A DNA stretch of 64,000 nucleotides from Vicugna vicugna (Eukaryota): contig MU058365.1 of NCBI GenBank assembly GCA_013265495.1, positions 1-64,000 on the forward strand, in the 5' to 3' direction. The notes below the pieces were generated by a model. That model saw only the letters and a list, made by a program, of their open reading frames with translations. It ran no database searches and was not told the origin of the DNA. This document shows, in pieces, positions 50,229 to 63,470 of this stretch (positions within the stretch are counted from its first letter, which is position 1; every line of letters begins with the position of its first letter). The position numbers and the translations under genes are program-made.

Positions 50229-51829
50229 CCCTGGCTTTTCAAAATAGTGTGCTACATGCTGTATAAAACATGGGTGAGATGTATAAACCATTCTTTACGG
50301 GATGAGGATTATGGTGGCAGTAGTCAGGGAAGAGATCCTAAGGATATCTAATTGAAGCCTAAGAAATTAGGTTACTTGATAAATTGAGAGTATGGGATTA
50401 GATAAACTACAGTACTTGTTGAATGTCTGACATAGGCAACAAGGTTCTTATGTGTCACGTCAGGAGAAGGCGACAGGCTAGGATTTCAAGTACCGTGCAA
50501 AGGATCACACCTACAAATCATCTAAGTATAAAAAATTCGAATAAAATGTCTTTTGTTCAGACAGCAGGTAGATGTGAAGTTAGCAAAAAAAAAAAAGCAG
50601 TAATGGATCATAGCTAATTCTTCTAATAAAACATCCTGCATTGAGACAGAGAGGTTAGCTAGTGAATTTTGCAGTTCCTGGGTTTACCTCAGAGAGACAC
50701 ATGATGAAAGCAGTGTAAATTTAACCTACTACAAGAGAGAATGTAAGCAGGGAACAACTAGAAGGCAAAAGAATGAAGACCTGAACTAAGGTGGTTGCAA
50801 CAAGAATAGAGAATCTGAGACATTTCAAAAAATGACAGAATGAAAGTGGGGAATAACTGAATAGAAGTGAGAATGGAAAAGAATGAGATGGCTGTGAGCC
50901 TTTAGAAATTCTAAAAAGGTGCTATTTGATGAGGAAAGAGGAAGAATCTTGATTTCTGTGTACTAAAATAAAAAAGTGACCATGTTTCCTATGTTCTCTT
51001 GGAAATATGTGCTTGAGCTCCACTAAGAAGACAAGGCTAGCAGTGTAGAAGTCTATTATCATAAAGGAAGGAAAAGGTCACTTAGTTGCTTTAACTAGGC
51101 CATCTTTCAGTCCAAAAACTGTACATTTTGTATGCTAGGTTTGATGGTCCATTTTGTGGTCATTACGAAAATTCTCAATTTTGATGATATGAAAACAACG
51201 TATCTAAAGCATCTACCACCTCATTATTAGGATGAATTCAGCTGATCTTGTTAGGTGAGCTCTGGGTCACTGGCTAAAAGTAAGTTTATCAAAATCATTT
51301 TATCTAAAAACCAATTCACTGAATTCACCTTAAGTCTTTAGTTGACAGAATTTGTCTTCATAATAGCATTTAAAGGAATGCTCAATTTGTTTGCCCTAAA
51401 TCCCTGCTACTGTTGCCAGATATTGAGAGGCAGAGAAAGAAAGAGGACTAGGCCTAAAGTCTCCAAATTACCCACTGATAAAGAATACATTCATTGCAAT
51501 TATAGTCTTGAATATGAATTTTTTTCTCTATCTCCTCAGCAGCAGCAAGGAATTGGAGCAGAAACAAATTGAACATTCTTTTAAATGTTACTAAGAATAT
51601 GAAAATCAATCAATAACTAGTCAAAAACAAGCAAGTTCTGGGAATTGGCATTTGATGAAACAGACTTCTGCTAAGTAAATGTACCTTCTTCCATCACAAT
51701 TATATGTGAATTCCTCTTGAAGCTACACTTTGATGAAAGACTAAAGAGGATCATTCCACCAGACTAAAGAGGCTCATTCTTGTCTAGGGCATATAAATTA
51801 CTCCAGTTGCCATCTTAAAAAAAGAGTCT

Positions 51830-52660
51830 TTCATCACTTCATACCAGTCAGAATGGCCATCATTCAAAAGTCCGTGAATGATAAATGCTGGAGAGGGTGT
51901 GGAGAAAAGGGAACCCTCCTGTACTGGTGGTGGGAATTAGGCTGGTGCAGTCGTTATGGAAAACAGCATTGAGACTCCTCAAAAAAAACTGAAAATGGAC
52001 TTACCTTATGATCCAGCAATCCCACTCCCAGGCATATATAAGAGGGAGCCTTAATTCAAAAAGACACATGCACCCCAATGTTCATAGCAGCACTACTTAC
52101 AATAGCCAAGACATGGAAACAACCTAAATGTCCATCCACAGATGACTGGATAAAGAAGTTGTGGTATATTTATACAATGTAATACTACTCAGCCATAAAA
52201 AATAATAAAATAATGCCATTTGCAACAACATAGATGGACCTGGAGAACGTCATTGTAAATGAAGTAAGCAAGAAAGAGAAAGAAAAATACCATATGATAC
52301 CACTTATACGTGGAATCTTAAAAAAAAAAAAAGACAAATGAACTTATTTACAAAACAGAAACAGACTCAGAGACATAGAAAACAAACTTACGGTTACCAG
52401 TGTGGGAAGGGGGTAGGAAGTGATAAATTGGGAGTTTGAGATTTGCAGATACTAGTATATGAAAAATAGATAAACAAGTTTATACTGTATAGCACAGGGA
52501 AATATATTCAGTATCTTGTAGTAACTTACGGTGAAAGAGAATATGAAAATGAATATATGTATATTCCTATGTGACTGAAGTATTGTGCTATAGACCAGAA
52601 ACTGACACATTATAAACTGACTTATACTTCAATAAAAATATATTAAAAAAAATTTTTTTA
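51830..52660 (+). mobile_element. Young camelid-type LINE-1 3' end
   Basis: Closely resembles the 9199 and 57400 copies (accagtcagaatggccatcattcaaaagtcc); candidate TSD aaaagagtc / aaaagagcc. Confidence 0.9.
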
Positions 52661-54184
52661 AAAGAGCCACATTGGATGAAAATCAAGGAAAGAAAGACTT
52701 TATGCAGTTTGATGTACTGAAAGACTGTGAAAACAGAAACCTGGAATAAGAGTTTGTATAAAGAACCGGCATTTTCATGCTTTAAAGAAAACTGTTACTT
52801 CTGATCGTGGCAGAGCCATCTTTTTTTCAGATTATTAGCTTTTCAAAATTATTGTTTATTTTCAAGAATCACTTTATTCTTATAATTGTGATTTTCCCCT
52901 TCATATTTAAGGCTAGGGCAATAATTATGAGTTATAGATAACTGTTTCAAATACTAAACACATTCAATAATTCTATAATTCAAATAGCTACTAACAGCTG
53001 CACACTATTAAATATATATTATATATGACTTAGATGTCTTGTTCATAAATGCTATAGTATATATTCTCCCCCAAATACTAAAATTAAAGGTTTCAGGAAA
53101 ATTTGATTTACATTTGAGTATTAAAGATTTTTTAATTCATTTTCCATTTTCTTTTTTATTGCACTGAGTAAACAAACAATTTTTGTGCTGGTTATATATG
53201 CTCTCTAGATTCTTTGGAATGGCAAACACTACACAAATGGAAATAATACAAAATGATTAGTTCATGGGCTCTAAGAATAATGAATTGTTAAATCTACAGA
53301 CAAAAATCAGTCTTGATTCCCATTTTTCAAAAACAAATTTGAGCCAGTAACACATTCATAATTAACAAGTCATGTGTACTCAAAGAACTTCTGCACAAAG
53401 TACCTAATCTAACAGAGGCTATTCTGTAAGAATCTTGCCATTATAACTGCTTATGTCCAGTCTGGGAACCCGTGGGGTTTTGGAATCACACAGCCCTGTA
53501 TGCCATTCTTGACATTTATTAGTTAAACAATTTTGGAAAAGTTATCAAATCTTGGCCTTGAATCCCTTATCTAAAAGAATTTGTAGGAGAATTAAATGCA
53601 GCTACACAAACTGTTTGGCATATTGCCTGACCCACAGAGATATAAGCTGCTATTGTTATATTAAATGAGCCAACAACAACACACACACCCCAGAATTCCC
53701 CAAATCAAAATTGCATAACTAGTTTCTAGTTGGTTTTTAATATATGTTTGGAAGAAATCCTTCCGGAAAATTATCTAAGGAAATTATCCAACAGAAGGCA
53801 CAAAGATTATACTTACAATGTTATTTAAATAATAAAAAAATTAAGAGGAAACTCAAATATTTAAAATAGGGGACTGATTTATTATGTATAGCCTGCAGAT
53901 GGAACATTCAGGCAACAACAAAAACATAATTTAGAAATCTATATAGCAGTATGGAAAGTGTGCATCATATTCATACACTAAGTGACAAAGGTAAAATATA
54001 TAATTAATACATTATAATTACAACTCTAGAAAATGTATACATTTATGGGGTAGGGACTAGAAGGGAATACACAAAATAGTGAAGTTGGGCAAGGGTGGTA
54101 GCATTATGCATTATTTTCTCTATTATCTTTATAGTTTCATTATATTTTTACTAAGAATAAAAGTTATACTATTTAAAAATTCGA

Positions 54185-56340
54185 ATGTTAAGACAATTCA
54201 ATAGGGAAAAGCAACAGATGATGCTAGGACAACTGGATATTCACATGTAAAAGAATGAAGTTGGATCCTTGCACCTACCATACACAAAAAATTAACTCAA
54301 AATGGATCATAGAAATAAACCTGAAACTATAAAACCCTTAGGAGAAAACATAGGAGTAAATCCTTGTGACTTTAAGTTAGGCAACACCTGGAGCACAAGT
54401 AATAAAAGAAAAAATACAGGCATATCTCATTCTACTGAGCTTTGCTTTGTTGTACTTCCCAGATATTGCTTATTTTCATAAACTGAAAGTTTGCGGCAAC
54501 CCTGCTTGAGTCAAGCAAGTCTATCAATGCCATTTTTCCAAAAGGATTTCCTTAATTCATGTCACTGTGTCACATTTTGGTAATCCTTGCAATATTTAAT
54601 TATTATATTATGGTGGTTTGTGGTCACTGATCTTTGATGTTAACTATTGCAATTATTTTGGAGTACCATACCCACATCCATATAAGACTTAATAAATGTT
54701 GTGTGAATGTTGTGACTGCTCCACCAACTGGCAGGTACCCTCTCTCCCTCTTCTTGGGCCTCCTTATTCACTGAGACATAAGAATACTGAAATCAGGCCA
54801 ATTAATAACCCATCAGTAGCCTCTAAAATCCTAGGGCCCTTAAGAATTAAGCTAAATCTATCCTGCCTGTGCTGTATAATTGGAACAACAAAGTCTGGAT
54901 GGCAGCACATCTGTTTACAACATGGGCTACTGGGTTACTAAATATTTTAAGCCCACTGTTGGGGCCTACTGTTCAGAAAAAAAAAGATTCCTTTCAAGAT
55001 ATGACTGCTTTTTGGCAATTTACCTGGTTACCCAAGAGCTCTGATGGAAATGTACAAGATATGTGTTATTTTCATGTCTGATAACACATATCCATTCTGC
55101 AGCCCACAGATCAAGGAGTAATTCTGACTTTCACGTCTTACTATTTAAGAAATACATTTTCATAAGGCCATAGCTGCCATAGACAGTGTTACCTCAAGGT
55201 AGATCCGGGCAAAGTAAACTGAAAATCTTCTGGAAAGGATTAACCATTCTAGATGCCATTAAAAATATTTGTAATTCATGGAAAGAAGACAAAATATCAA
55301 CATTAACAGAACTTTGGAAGAACTTGATTCCCACTCTTACGGATGACTTTGAGAGGTTCAAGACTTCAGTTGAAGAAGTTACTGTAGATGTGGAAATAGC
55401 AAGAGAACTAGAATTAGAAGTAGAGTCTGAAGATGTGAATTACTGCAATCTCATGACAAAACTTTAATGGATGATGAGCTACTTCTTATAGATGAGTAAA
55501 GAAAGTGGTTTCTTGAGATGGAACCTACTCCTGGAGAAGATGCTATGAAGGCTGTTGAAATGACAAGGGATTTAGAATATTAAATAAATTTAGTTGATAA
55601 AGCAGTGTCATGGTTTGAGAGGACTGACTGCAAATTTGAAAGAAGTTCCACCATGGATAAAAATTAATGCTATCAAATCTCATTGCATGCAACAAAGAAA
55701 TTGTCAAAGGAAGAGTCAATTGATGAAGCAAACTTCACTGTTGTCTTATTTTAAGAAAGTGCCACAGCCACTCCAACCTTCAGCAACCACCAGCCAATAT
55801 GTCAGCAGCCATCAACATTGAGACAAGACCCTCACATGCGAAAAAAAAAAGACTCACTGAAGGCTCATATGATGGTTAACATTTTTTAGCAATAGAGTAT
55901 TAAGGTATGTACATTGTTTTTTAGACATAATGCTATTGCATAGTTTATGAGTATAGTGTAAACATAACTTTTATGTACACTTAGAAGCCAAAAAATTCGT
56001 GTGGCTTGCTTTGTGTGTGTGACTGAAGTATCTGCTGTATTGTGGTGGTCTGGAACCAAGCCCTCAATATGTCTAAGGTATGCCTATATGTAAACTGGAC
56101 TATATAGAATTTAAAAAATTTTGTGCTGCAAATAAAACCATCAAGAAAGTAAAGCACTCAGAGAATGGGAGAAAATATTTACAAATCATATTTCTGATAA
56201 GGGACTTGTATCCAGAATATATAAAGAACTTTTACAACTCAATAATAAAAGACAACCTAGTGAAAAATGGTAAAGGATTTGAGTAGATATTTCTCCAAGG
56301 AAGATAAGGCCAATTAGCGTATGAAAAGATGCAAAACTAA
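54185..56340 (+). mobile_element. L1MB-like ORF2 fragment split by Tigger1
   Basis: tgctaggacaactggatattcacatgtaaaagaatgaagttggatcc...aaaaata|Tigger1|tatgtaaactggactat...; the L1 is continuous across the insertion. Confidence 0.8.
54417..56086 (+). mobile_element. Internally deleted Tigger1
   Basis: TIRs caggcatatc / aggtatgccta with TA on both sides. Transposase remnants [18 protein letters not shown]...[11 protein letters not shown]. Deletion junction near 54825 relative to the 21854 copy. Confidence 0.9.
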
Positions 56341-56429
56341 TACATTCAAAAGTCATTTGAATTTTAATACCTTCTCTATCATCTTTACCTGGATAGTAAA
56401 CTAGCCTTGTACAAACACTACACACACAA

Positions 56430-56990
56430 ACTACTGCCTCTCAAGGCAGCCTGTTATTTTCTAAGCACCAGAAAATTCCTCCTTCTTTTGGGTTGAAAGT
56501 TGTCTTTCCATAATCTTTGGTCCCAGAACTGCTTTATGGTTCAGATTAAGTCTAATCCTTTTTTTACACCACAAATGTCTGATACTGCTGTCATTTGGAC
56601 TTACACCAATTTCCTCAAATGTGGTACCTAAATCTGGATACATGCTAGGTGTGGCCTAATGAACCTCCCTGGTTCAGAAAAGCTGTAACAATCAAATTTT
56701 GGCAGGCAAATCATGCTGCTGATTCATATTAAGTTTACCAACAAGGACATTCTCTTTGTCATAAATACTCCCACTAGGCTATTTATCCTTCATTAATTCC
56801 TCAACTGATTTTTTTTAACCCAAATGTAGGATTATATAATTAGTTATACTAAATTTCTTATTTAAACCACTCTGTTAAATCTTTGTTGCTACAGACTTAC
56901 AAATTATTTTCATGTTTTGCATAAAGGTCCATCAAGTTTATGTCATTTCTAAATTTGATCAACATGCTGTCAATGTCCTTACTTGTTGCT
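56430..56990 (-). mobile_element. L3/CR1 ancient LINE fragment
   Basis: ctactgcctctcaaggcagcc; aagtctaatcc; aaatgtggtacctaaatctggatac...ggtgtggcct; tttatgtcatttctaaatttgatcaacatgc. Confidence 0.55.
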
Positions 56991-57399
56991 CACTTCCATT
57001 CTTCCTATTCCCCATAATCTCTCAAAGTTTAGCTTTCTCACCTACAAATTCTCACAGCATCCTCAGATATAACTAGTTCAGGTTATGAAAGAGAGTCACA
57101 TTGAGCAGTTAGATGTTTCCTTAATTAATTTCATATATGTTAGACTTTAATTCTCCTTTACTAGGTACTAGGGGATTTTTTTATGTTGCTACAGCATAAA
57201 GATTGTTCTCCTTGACAGAAAATGTGAAAATGTGGAAACCAAATAAGAGCTGTTAATACTGAGTAGGCATTTATCTTCTTTATTCTTGTTTCTGAATATA
57301 ATTATAAGGTTTTAAAGTTATCTTTAGCATATTCCCCACATCTGTGATTTCTGGATTTTACCTTTTCCGACACACTTAAATGTCTGTGTCACTTTTTAA

Positions 57400-58420
57400 T
57401 TTCCAGAATATACAAACTGCTCATACAACTTAAAAACAAAAAAAAAACCAAACAACTCAATCCAAAAAATGGACAGAAGACCTAAACAAGCAATTCTCCA
57501 GTAAAGACATAGAAACGGCCAATAGGCACATGAAAAAAATGCTCAATATCACTAATCATCACAGAAGTGCAAATCAAAACTACAATGAAGTATCACCTCA
57601 CACCAGTCAGAAGATGGCCATCATTCAAAAGTCCATGAACAACAAACGCTGGAGAGGGTGTGGAGAAAAGGGAACCCTCCTACACTGTTGGTGGGAATGT
57701 AGTTTGGTGCAGTCATTATGAAAAACAGTATGGAGATTCCTCAAAAAACTAAAAACAGACTTACCATATGATCCAGCAATCCCACTTCTGGGCATATATC
57801 TGTAGGGAATTCTAATTTAAAAAGATATATGCATCCCAATGTTCACTATTTATAATAGCCAAGACATGGAAACAACCTAAATGTTCATCGACAAATGACT
57901 GGATAAAGAAGGTGTGGTATATTTATACAATGGAATACTACTCAGCTATAAAAAGAATAAAATAATGCCATTTGCAGCAACATGGATGGACCTAGAGATC
58001 ATCATTCTAAATGAAATAAGCCAGAAAGAAAATGAAAAAGACCATATAATATCACTCATATGTGGAACCTAAAAAAAGAAAAAAAGAGGACACTATGAAC
58101 TAACTCATCTACAAAACAGAAACAGACTCACAGACATAGTAAATAATCTTATGGTTACTAGGGGAAAGGGAGTGAGAAGGGATAAACTTGGGAGTTTGAG
58201 ATTTGCAAATGTTAGCCACTATATACAAAAATAAATTCTAAAAAATTTCTCCTGTATAGCACAGGTAACTATATTTAATATCCTGTAATAACCTTTAATG
58301 AAAAAGAATATGAAAACAAATATATGTAAGTATATATATGACTGGGACATTGTGCTGTACACTAGAAATTGACACATTATAACTGACTATACTTCAATTT
58401 TTAAAAAATTGAAAAAAAAA
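57400..58420 (+). mobile_element. Young camelid-type LINE-1 3' end
   Basis: ccagaatatacaaactgctcatacaactt... through 3' UTR and A tail. Confidence 0.9.
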
Positions 58421-59339
58421 GTTTGTGTTACTTATATTCATTTTCTATAAATATCCCTTTAAAACCTGAGCTTAGATTGCTCCAAATGGAGTCAAAGTAG
58501 TTTTATTTACTTTTGCTTTTTAAAATTGCCATAATCTGTAATTGTATAATTGTACAATTATTTTTGTGTTCTTCTCAACTTTCCTAGTCTCAGGTCTTAA
58601 GGTCATGACTATATACATTTTTGTTTACTTTTTACAAGTCTTCTTCCTACCATGTAGAGTATGTATGGATGTGGTCACTTCTAGAATTCTCTGCCCCATC
58701 TATAACAAATTTTTGTATAATGATACAGTCATTTTGTCTCCAAAGGTTTCATTCCTACCCACCAAGCAATTCTCCCTTATTGGCTATAAATAGATCCAGA
58801 GTAGCAGTATCTTTCATTGTACCCTCTACCTCTCCTCTATATTATTTTTACTAAACAAATAACATTTTGGTGATAAAAATGTAAAACACAGTAAGTAGAA
58901 AAAATTATATATATCTGAAATCTCTCCAGCCAGAGAAAATCATTGCTAATAATTTGGTGCATATCCTTCAAGATTTTTTCTCATATAAATAGTTTCCCCC
59001 TACATTCTGAGAGAGAAAATGTCAGCAAGGTAACAATTTGTCAAATGAACTTGGTTGGCTGTGAAGCCTGCTGAGAAATCTTCACTTTTGTTTAAATGTT
59101 TTCCTATCCAAAAAATATCTACCCTTACTCCAACTGCTTATAAATCTTTGATTCATACTCAAACCAACTATTTTTGCCCTCATTTCAGCATTTTAACAAA
59201 ATCAGAACTCCCTTCAGAAACTCACTAATCTTCCTAATTGTAAGAGTCAGTTATCAGAAGTAATATTTAGATATATCCATTTTAAATAGCCAAATATAAT
59301 GATATCAAATACAAAAATTAATTCTCAATGAATAAACAA

Positions 59340-60480
59340 AAAAGCTATAAATATTCAGAGGAAAATACAAGAAAATTAGTGGAGAAGGTCAGTTACAACC
59401 TTTAAAACATGACACAAATCCCAGAAACCATAAAGAAAAAATATAGCTGATTTGATTAAGTACAAAAATTTAAACTTCTATATGGAAAAAGATTCCATAA
59501 TAAAGTTTCAAAGATAACTCAGAAACTGGAAGAAGCCATTTGCAACATATAACACTCAAGAGGCTTATAATTATAATACAAAAAGATTTCCTACAAATCA
59601 ATAATAAAAATAAACACAAAAATACACAAAGGATATAAACAAGCATTAGTAGACAACATAAATCGCCAATAAGCACATGAAAAGCTGCTAATCCAATACA
59701 TTCAAATTAAAAAGAGATTTTTTTAGCTCATCAGACTGGCAAAATCAAGGTTGAAAATACCTAATGTTAACACCTTTCATATACTATAAAAGGCAGTACA
59801 AACTGATATACATTTTCAGAAGGATAATTTGAAGAATTTCTAAAAATTTTTTAATATGCATACCTTATATTTCAACAATCTCAATTTCTGGAATTCATTC
59901 TACAACAATATATGAAGATGTTCACAAAGATCTATGTGCAAGAATGGTCACTGCAGCATGCTTTGTAATATAAAAAAGCAACACAAATCTTCATTAACAA
60001 TGGAAAAGTTAGATTATGATCCACCTATAATAAAGTACTAGGTAGCAGACAAAAGAATAGGGTAAATCTCTACATGTTGTTATGAAAACATATCCATGAT
60101 ACACTAACTAAAAAGCTTAAAAGGTGCCAGAATAATCTCAGTTTTGTTTAGGGGGAAAAACGTGTATAGATAGATATTGATATAGAAAGTAAATGAATGC
60201 ATAGAAAAATCTGAAAGTCATGTGGCACTACATGTTATCAAATCAATGCTTTTTATACCCTACACTATAAAAATATTATGTGTCAATTATATTTTCGTAA
60301 AGCTGCAGGAAAAAATGAACAAAAACACAACACGTTCATGCCCAGGACCAACTTTAAGGCATATTATTAAACTCCACTGAGCACCATAAAAATAATTTTA
60401 ATAATTTGACAGTGTATCGTCTCATCTTCACATGGAAACAAAAAAGGAAAATCTGAGAGGCTTCACATCAAACTGAAGGA
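59340..60480 (+). mobile_element. Old L1ME-like ORF2/3' region
   Basis: Degenerate acatgacacaaatcccagaaaccataaagaaaaa; catcagactggcaaaa; caagaatggtcactgcagcatg. Confidence 0.6.
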
Positions 60481-60666
60481 AGACTTTTACATTTTAACAC
60501 TTTAACAACAATTTATTATAACCAGCATGAATTACTGTGGTAAATATGCTCATACACGGTTTTAAAACTTATACCTACTGGCAAAAAGAAAATGAAAAGA
60601 ACCAAATTTGTCCAATAAAAGGGTCATAAACTGAATTACAGAATACTCATATAAGAGAACAATACT

Positions 60667-60672
60667 AAAAAA

Positions 60673-60735
<63 letters not shown>

Positions 60736-60736
60736 A
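60667..60736 (+). repeat. (AATA)16 microsatellite flanked by a direct repeat
   Basis: Array 60671-60734; agaacaatact at 60656-60666 and 60737-60747. Confidence 0.95.
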
Positions 60737-61030
60737 AGAACAATACTTTTCCAACTGCAGGCTGCAACCCATTACTGAGATGCAAAATCAGTTTGGACGA
60801 ATGTGACCACCATATTTCAAAAGCAAAATACAAAAAATCAGAATTCATCACAGTTAGTAACTACTGCTTTATAAATCTTCCAGAAGACAGCATTTGAAAT
60901 AAGTGTCTAAGCCTATCTCTTCAAATTGTAAAGATGGAGGAAACAAACTAATAATTAATCCTACCACCGAATGATACACATATCTAATGATAAACATCAC
61001 TCCTTCAAACTCAGAAAAACTATTCCCTAC

Positions 61031-61173
61031 CTCCTAGATTTTATATGTTGATTTATAATCTGTGTCATGGTCTTGTGTTGTCCTGTATCTCGATCCAGCA
61101 ACTTGATGTGCTTCTATATCTCCAGACATGTCCTTGGAAGGGTCTGTTTTAGTACTTTTAGTACCTTTATCCT
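61031..61173 (-). other. Candidate exon (143 nt) with in-frame stop near its 3' end
   Basis: Acceptor taacctcatctttcag|, donor GAG|gtaggg; one frame open for 45 codons. Product not recognised. Confidence 0.25.
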
Positions 61174-61689
61174 CTGAAAGATGAGGTTACACAGTGGATA
61201 CTGATACAGAGAAACATACTTATCCTTTCATAAATCTTTAGGAAGTAAATGAGATTTAAGCATAGTTGAAATGAGAATACTTTAGGCAGTCTTCAGTTCT
61301 CAAATCTCCACACAGGTTGGCATCAGGTAGCATGGAGAGAGAAATGATCAGAAAAAAAAAAAAAAAAGGAGACAGAGAGATTTTACAATTTAGAAGCCAT
61401 TGTTCTAAAAGCCAAATAAAACAAACTAGAGAGGGGGCAGGAAAAAGAGCATAAGGTTCTTCTGCTTCCTGATTATTGGGCATTTTAACATTATTGGCAT
61501 TTCTATGACTTGCAGTTTAAAAATTCCTGTATTTTCCCAGAGGTGCAGTGGATGCAGAGTCTACAGTGCCCAATATTGACTGAATAAATGAATGAATGGA
61601 TGATTTGGGGTTATTTCCCCAGTCTTTCTTACAGGTTTCCCCTCCCTCAAGAAGAGAAATAAGGGTTTACCAGACAAGTCCCAAATAGG

Positions 61690-62260
61690 CTATATTTTCT
61701 CATCTCTATGCCTTTGCACAAGGTAGTCTCTCTGCTGGAATGCTCTTCAGTTCCCTCCTCCTCTTGGCTAATTCCTATTTAGTCTTCTAAACTCAATTTA
61801 TGCATCCTCTTCCAGAATCTAATGGCCTACACTGGCACATCCATCTTAGCATTCCCATAAAATCTACAGCATCACTGTGTCTTAACTCTTATCAGTACAC
61901 AGAGGTAGCAAGAAAACAAGCTTTGTAGTCAGACAAATCTGAGTTCAAACTCTGATTCTACTACTTACTGTGTGATCTTGGATGAGTTACCTAATATTGC
62001 TAAACATTAGTTTTCTAATTAAAAAATAGAAACTAACAATGTAATGTTCTTAGTATATCATCTCATAGATAACAGCGTTAATAGTCATTTTTATTATACT
62101 CACATTGTACTGTACTTGCTGGTAAACTTGTCTGATTTTTCCTCTAAACTGAACACTTCTTGAGGAAAGGAACATGTATTTTATTTCTGTATAAGTAGCA
62201 TTTAGCATCAGTGCTTGGCATATGGTAGATACTTAATGTTTTTTGATGACTAAATAAACA
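61690..62260 (+). mobile_element. L2 3' fragment with nested MIR (about 61905-62050)
   Basis: tgcctttgcaca...tgctggaatgctct; gctttgtagtcagacaaatctgagttcaaactctgattctactactt; tgcttggcatatggtagatacttaat. Confidence 0.65.
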
Positions 62261-63261
62261 TTGCTCTCATTACAGTGAAATTAATTTGCCACTTGAAATC
62301 CTTCTGTAGTAAGGTGGAAAACAAGTAAACAAGAAAATAAACTCCATTAACAACAGTTTCAAAAAAGGATACTGTCTTTAATTCTAATCATACTGTTTTT
62401 AGGATTTACTGTTAATTATATATACTATGAAATACCAAATGATTCAGTATCTTGCTTGAACATAGCTGATCATATATGGTTCATGAACTGAATACCTATA
62501 ATAATTTTTTCATGGCATATATTAGCCACAAAATTAGCAAGCCACGTATAAGGCTAGATAGACAGCCATTTAGAAAAGTAAACAGCTTTCTAAAATCAAG
62601 GAAACTTTTAATTAAAATCTCTTTCATATAGTTTTGGGGGAAATGAGAAAAAATTCAGTTTCATGCTTTAGTAATTTTGACCTATGTAGGAAAATAAAAA
62701 TTACTATTCACTTAATGCAATATTTAATGAATTTTTCCATCGTAATGTTTAATTAGTTGGTTTGAGTATTTGTATGGCCTCATTCTGAGAGAATGTTTCT
62801 ATTTTATATTTTTCAATATATTTTTACAGACCTACACTAGAAGCTGATATCACTCACCCTATTTCTTCCTCCTCTCCTTGATAGTCAAGGATAGTTTAAC
62901 TTTAATATTCTGTATATGTTGAACATAAACTAGGTATTTTATACATAAAATGAAATTCTGACTCCAAAGGACAAGCTTTACTTTGAGACATTTTGCAGGG
63001 TATGATGCAAAGGAATAATGATTTTACAATGATAATGATTCCAAAAGTGTTACAGCATATGGACCTCAATGATGGGAATACACTTCTAGAATAAAGTGAT
63101 CAGTGCCTTATGTTAATTTATAATCCACTGCTTATTAATGATCAGTATATATTTTACTGGCTTCAAAAATATCACATACTGAATATGTGACTAATATAGA
63201 CTACAAACTAATTGAGCAAAAATATTTCTCTTTTCTTTATACTTAGTTTAAAAGAATTTTG

Positions 63262-63470
63262 GTGGAGTTTGAGATTTGCAAATGTTACCTGCTATATATA
63301 AAAATAGATTTTAAGAAGTTTCTTTTGGGGAACATATTCAATATCTTATAATAACCTTTAATGAAAAAGAATATGAAAACAAATATATGTATGTATATTC
63401 GTGACTGGGACATTGTGCTGTACACCAGAAACTGACACATTGTAACTGACTTTACTTTAATTAAAAAAAA
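63262..63470 (+). mobile_element. Short LINE-1 3' UTR; a further L1 3' end lies at about 63888-63970
   Basis: ggagtttgagatttgcaaatgtt...gactgggacattgtgctgtacaccagaaactgacac, same subfamily as the 57400 copy. Confidence 0.85.

Noticed and set aside
51738..51779. 19-bp direct repeat agactaaagagg(a/c)tcattc
   Set aside because: Only two copies 4 bp apart; simple local duplication, not an array.
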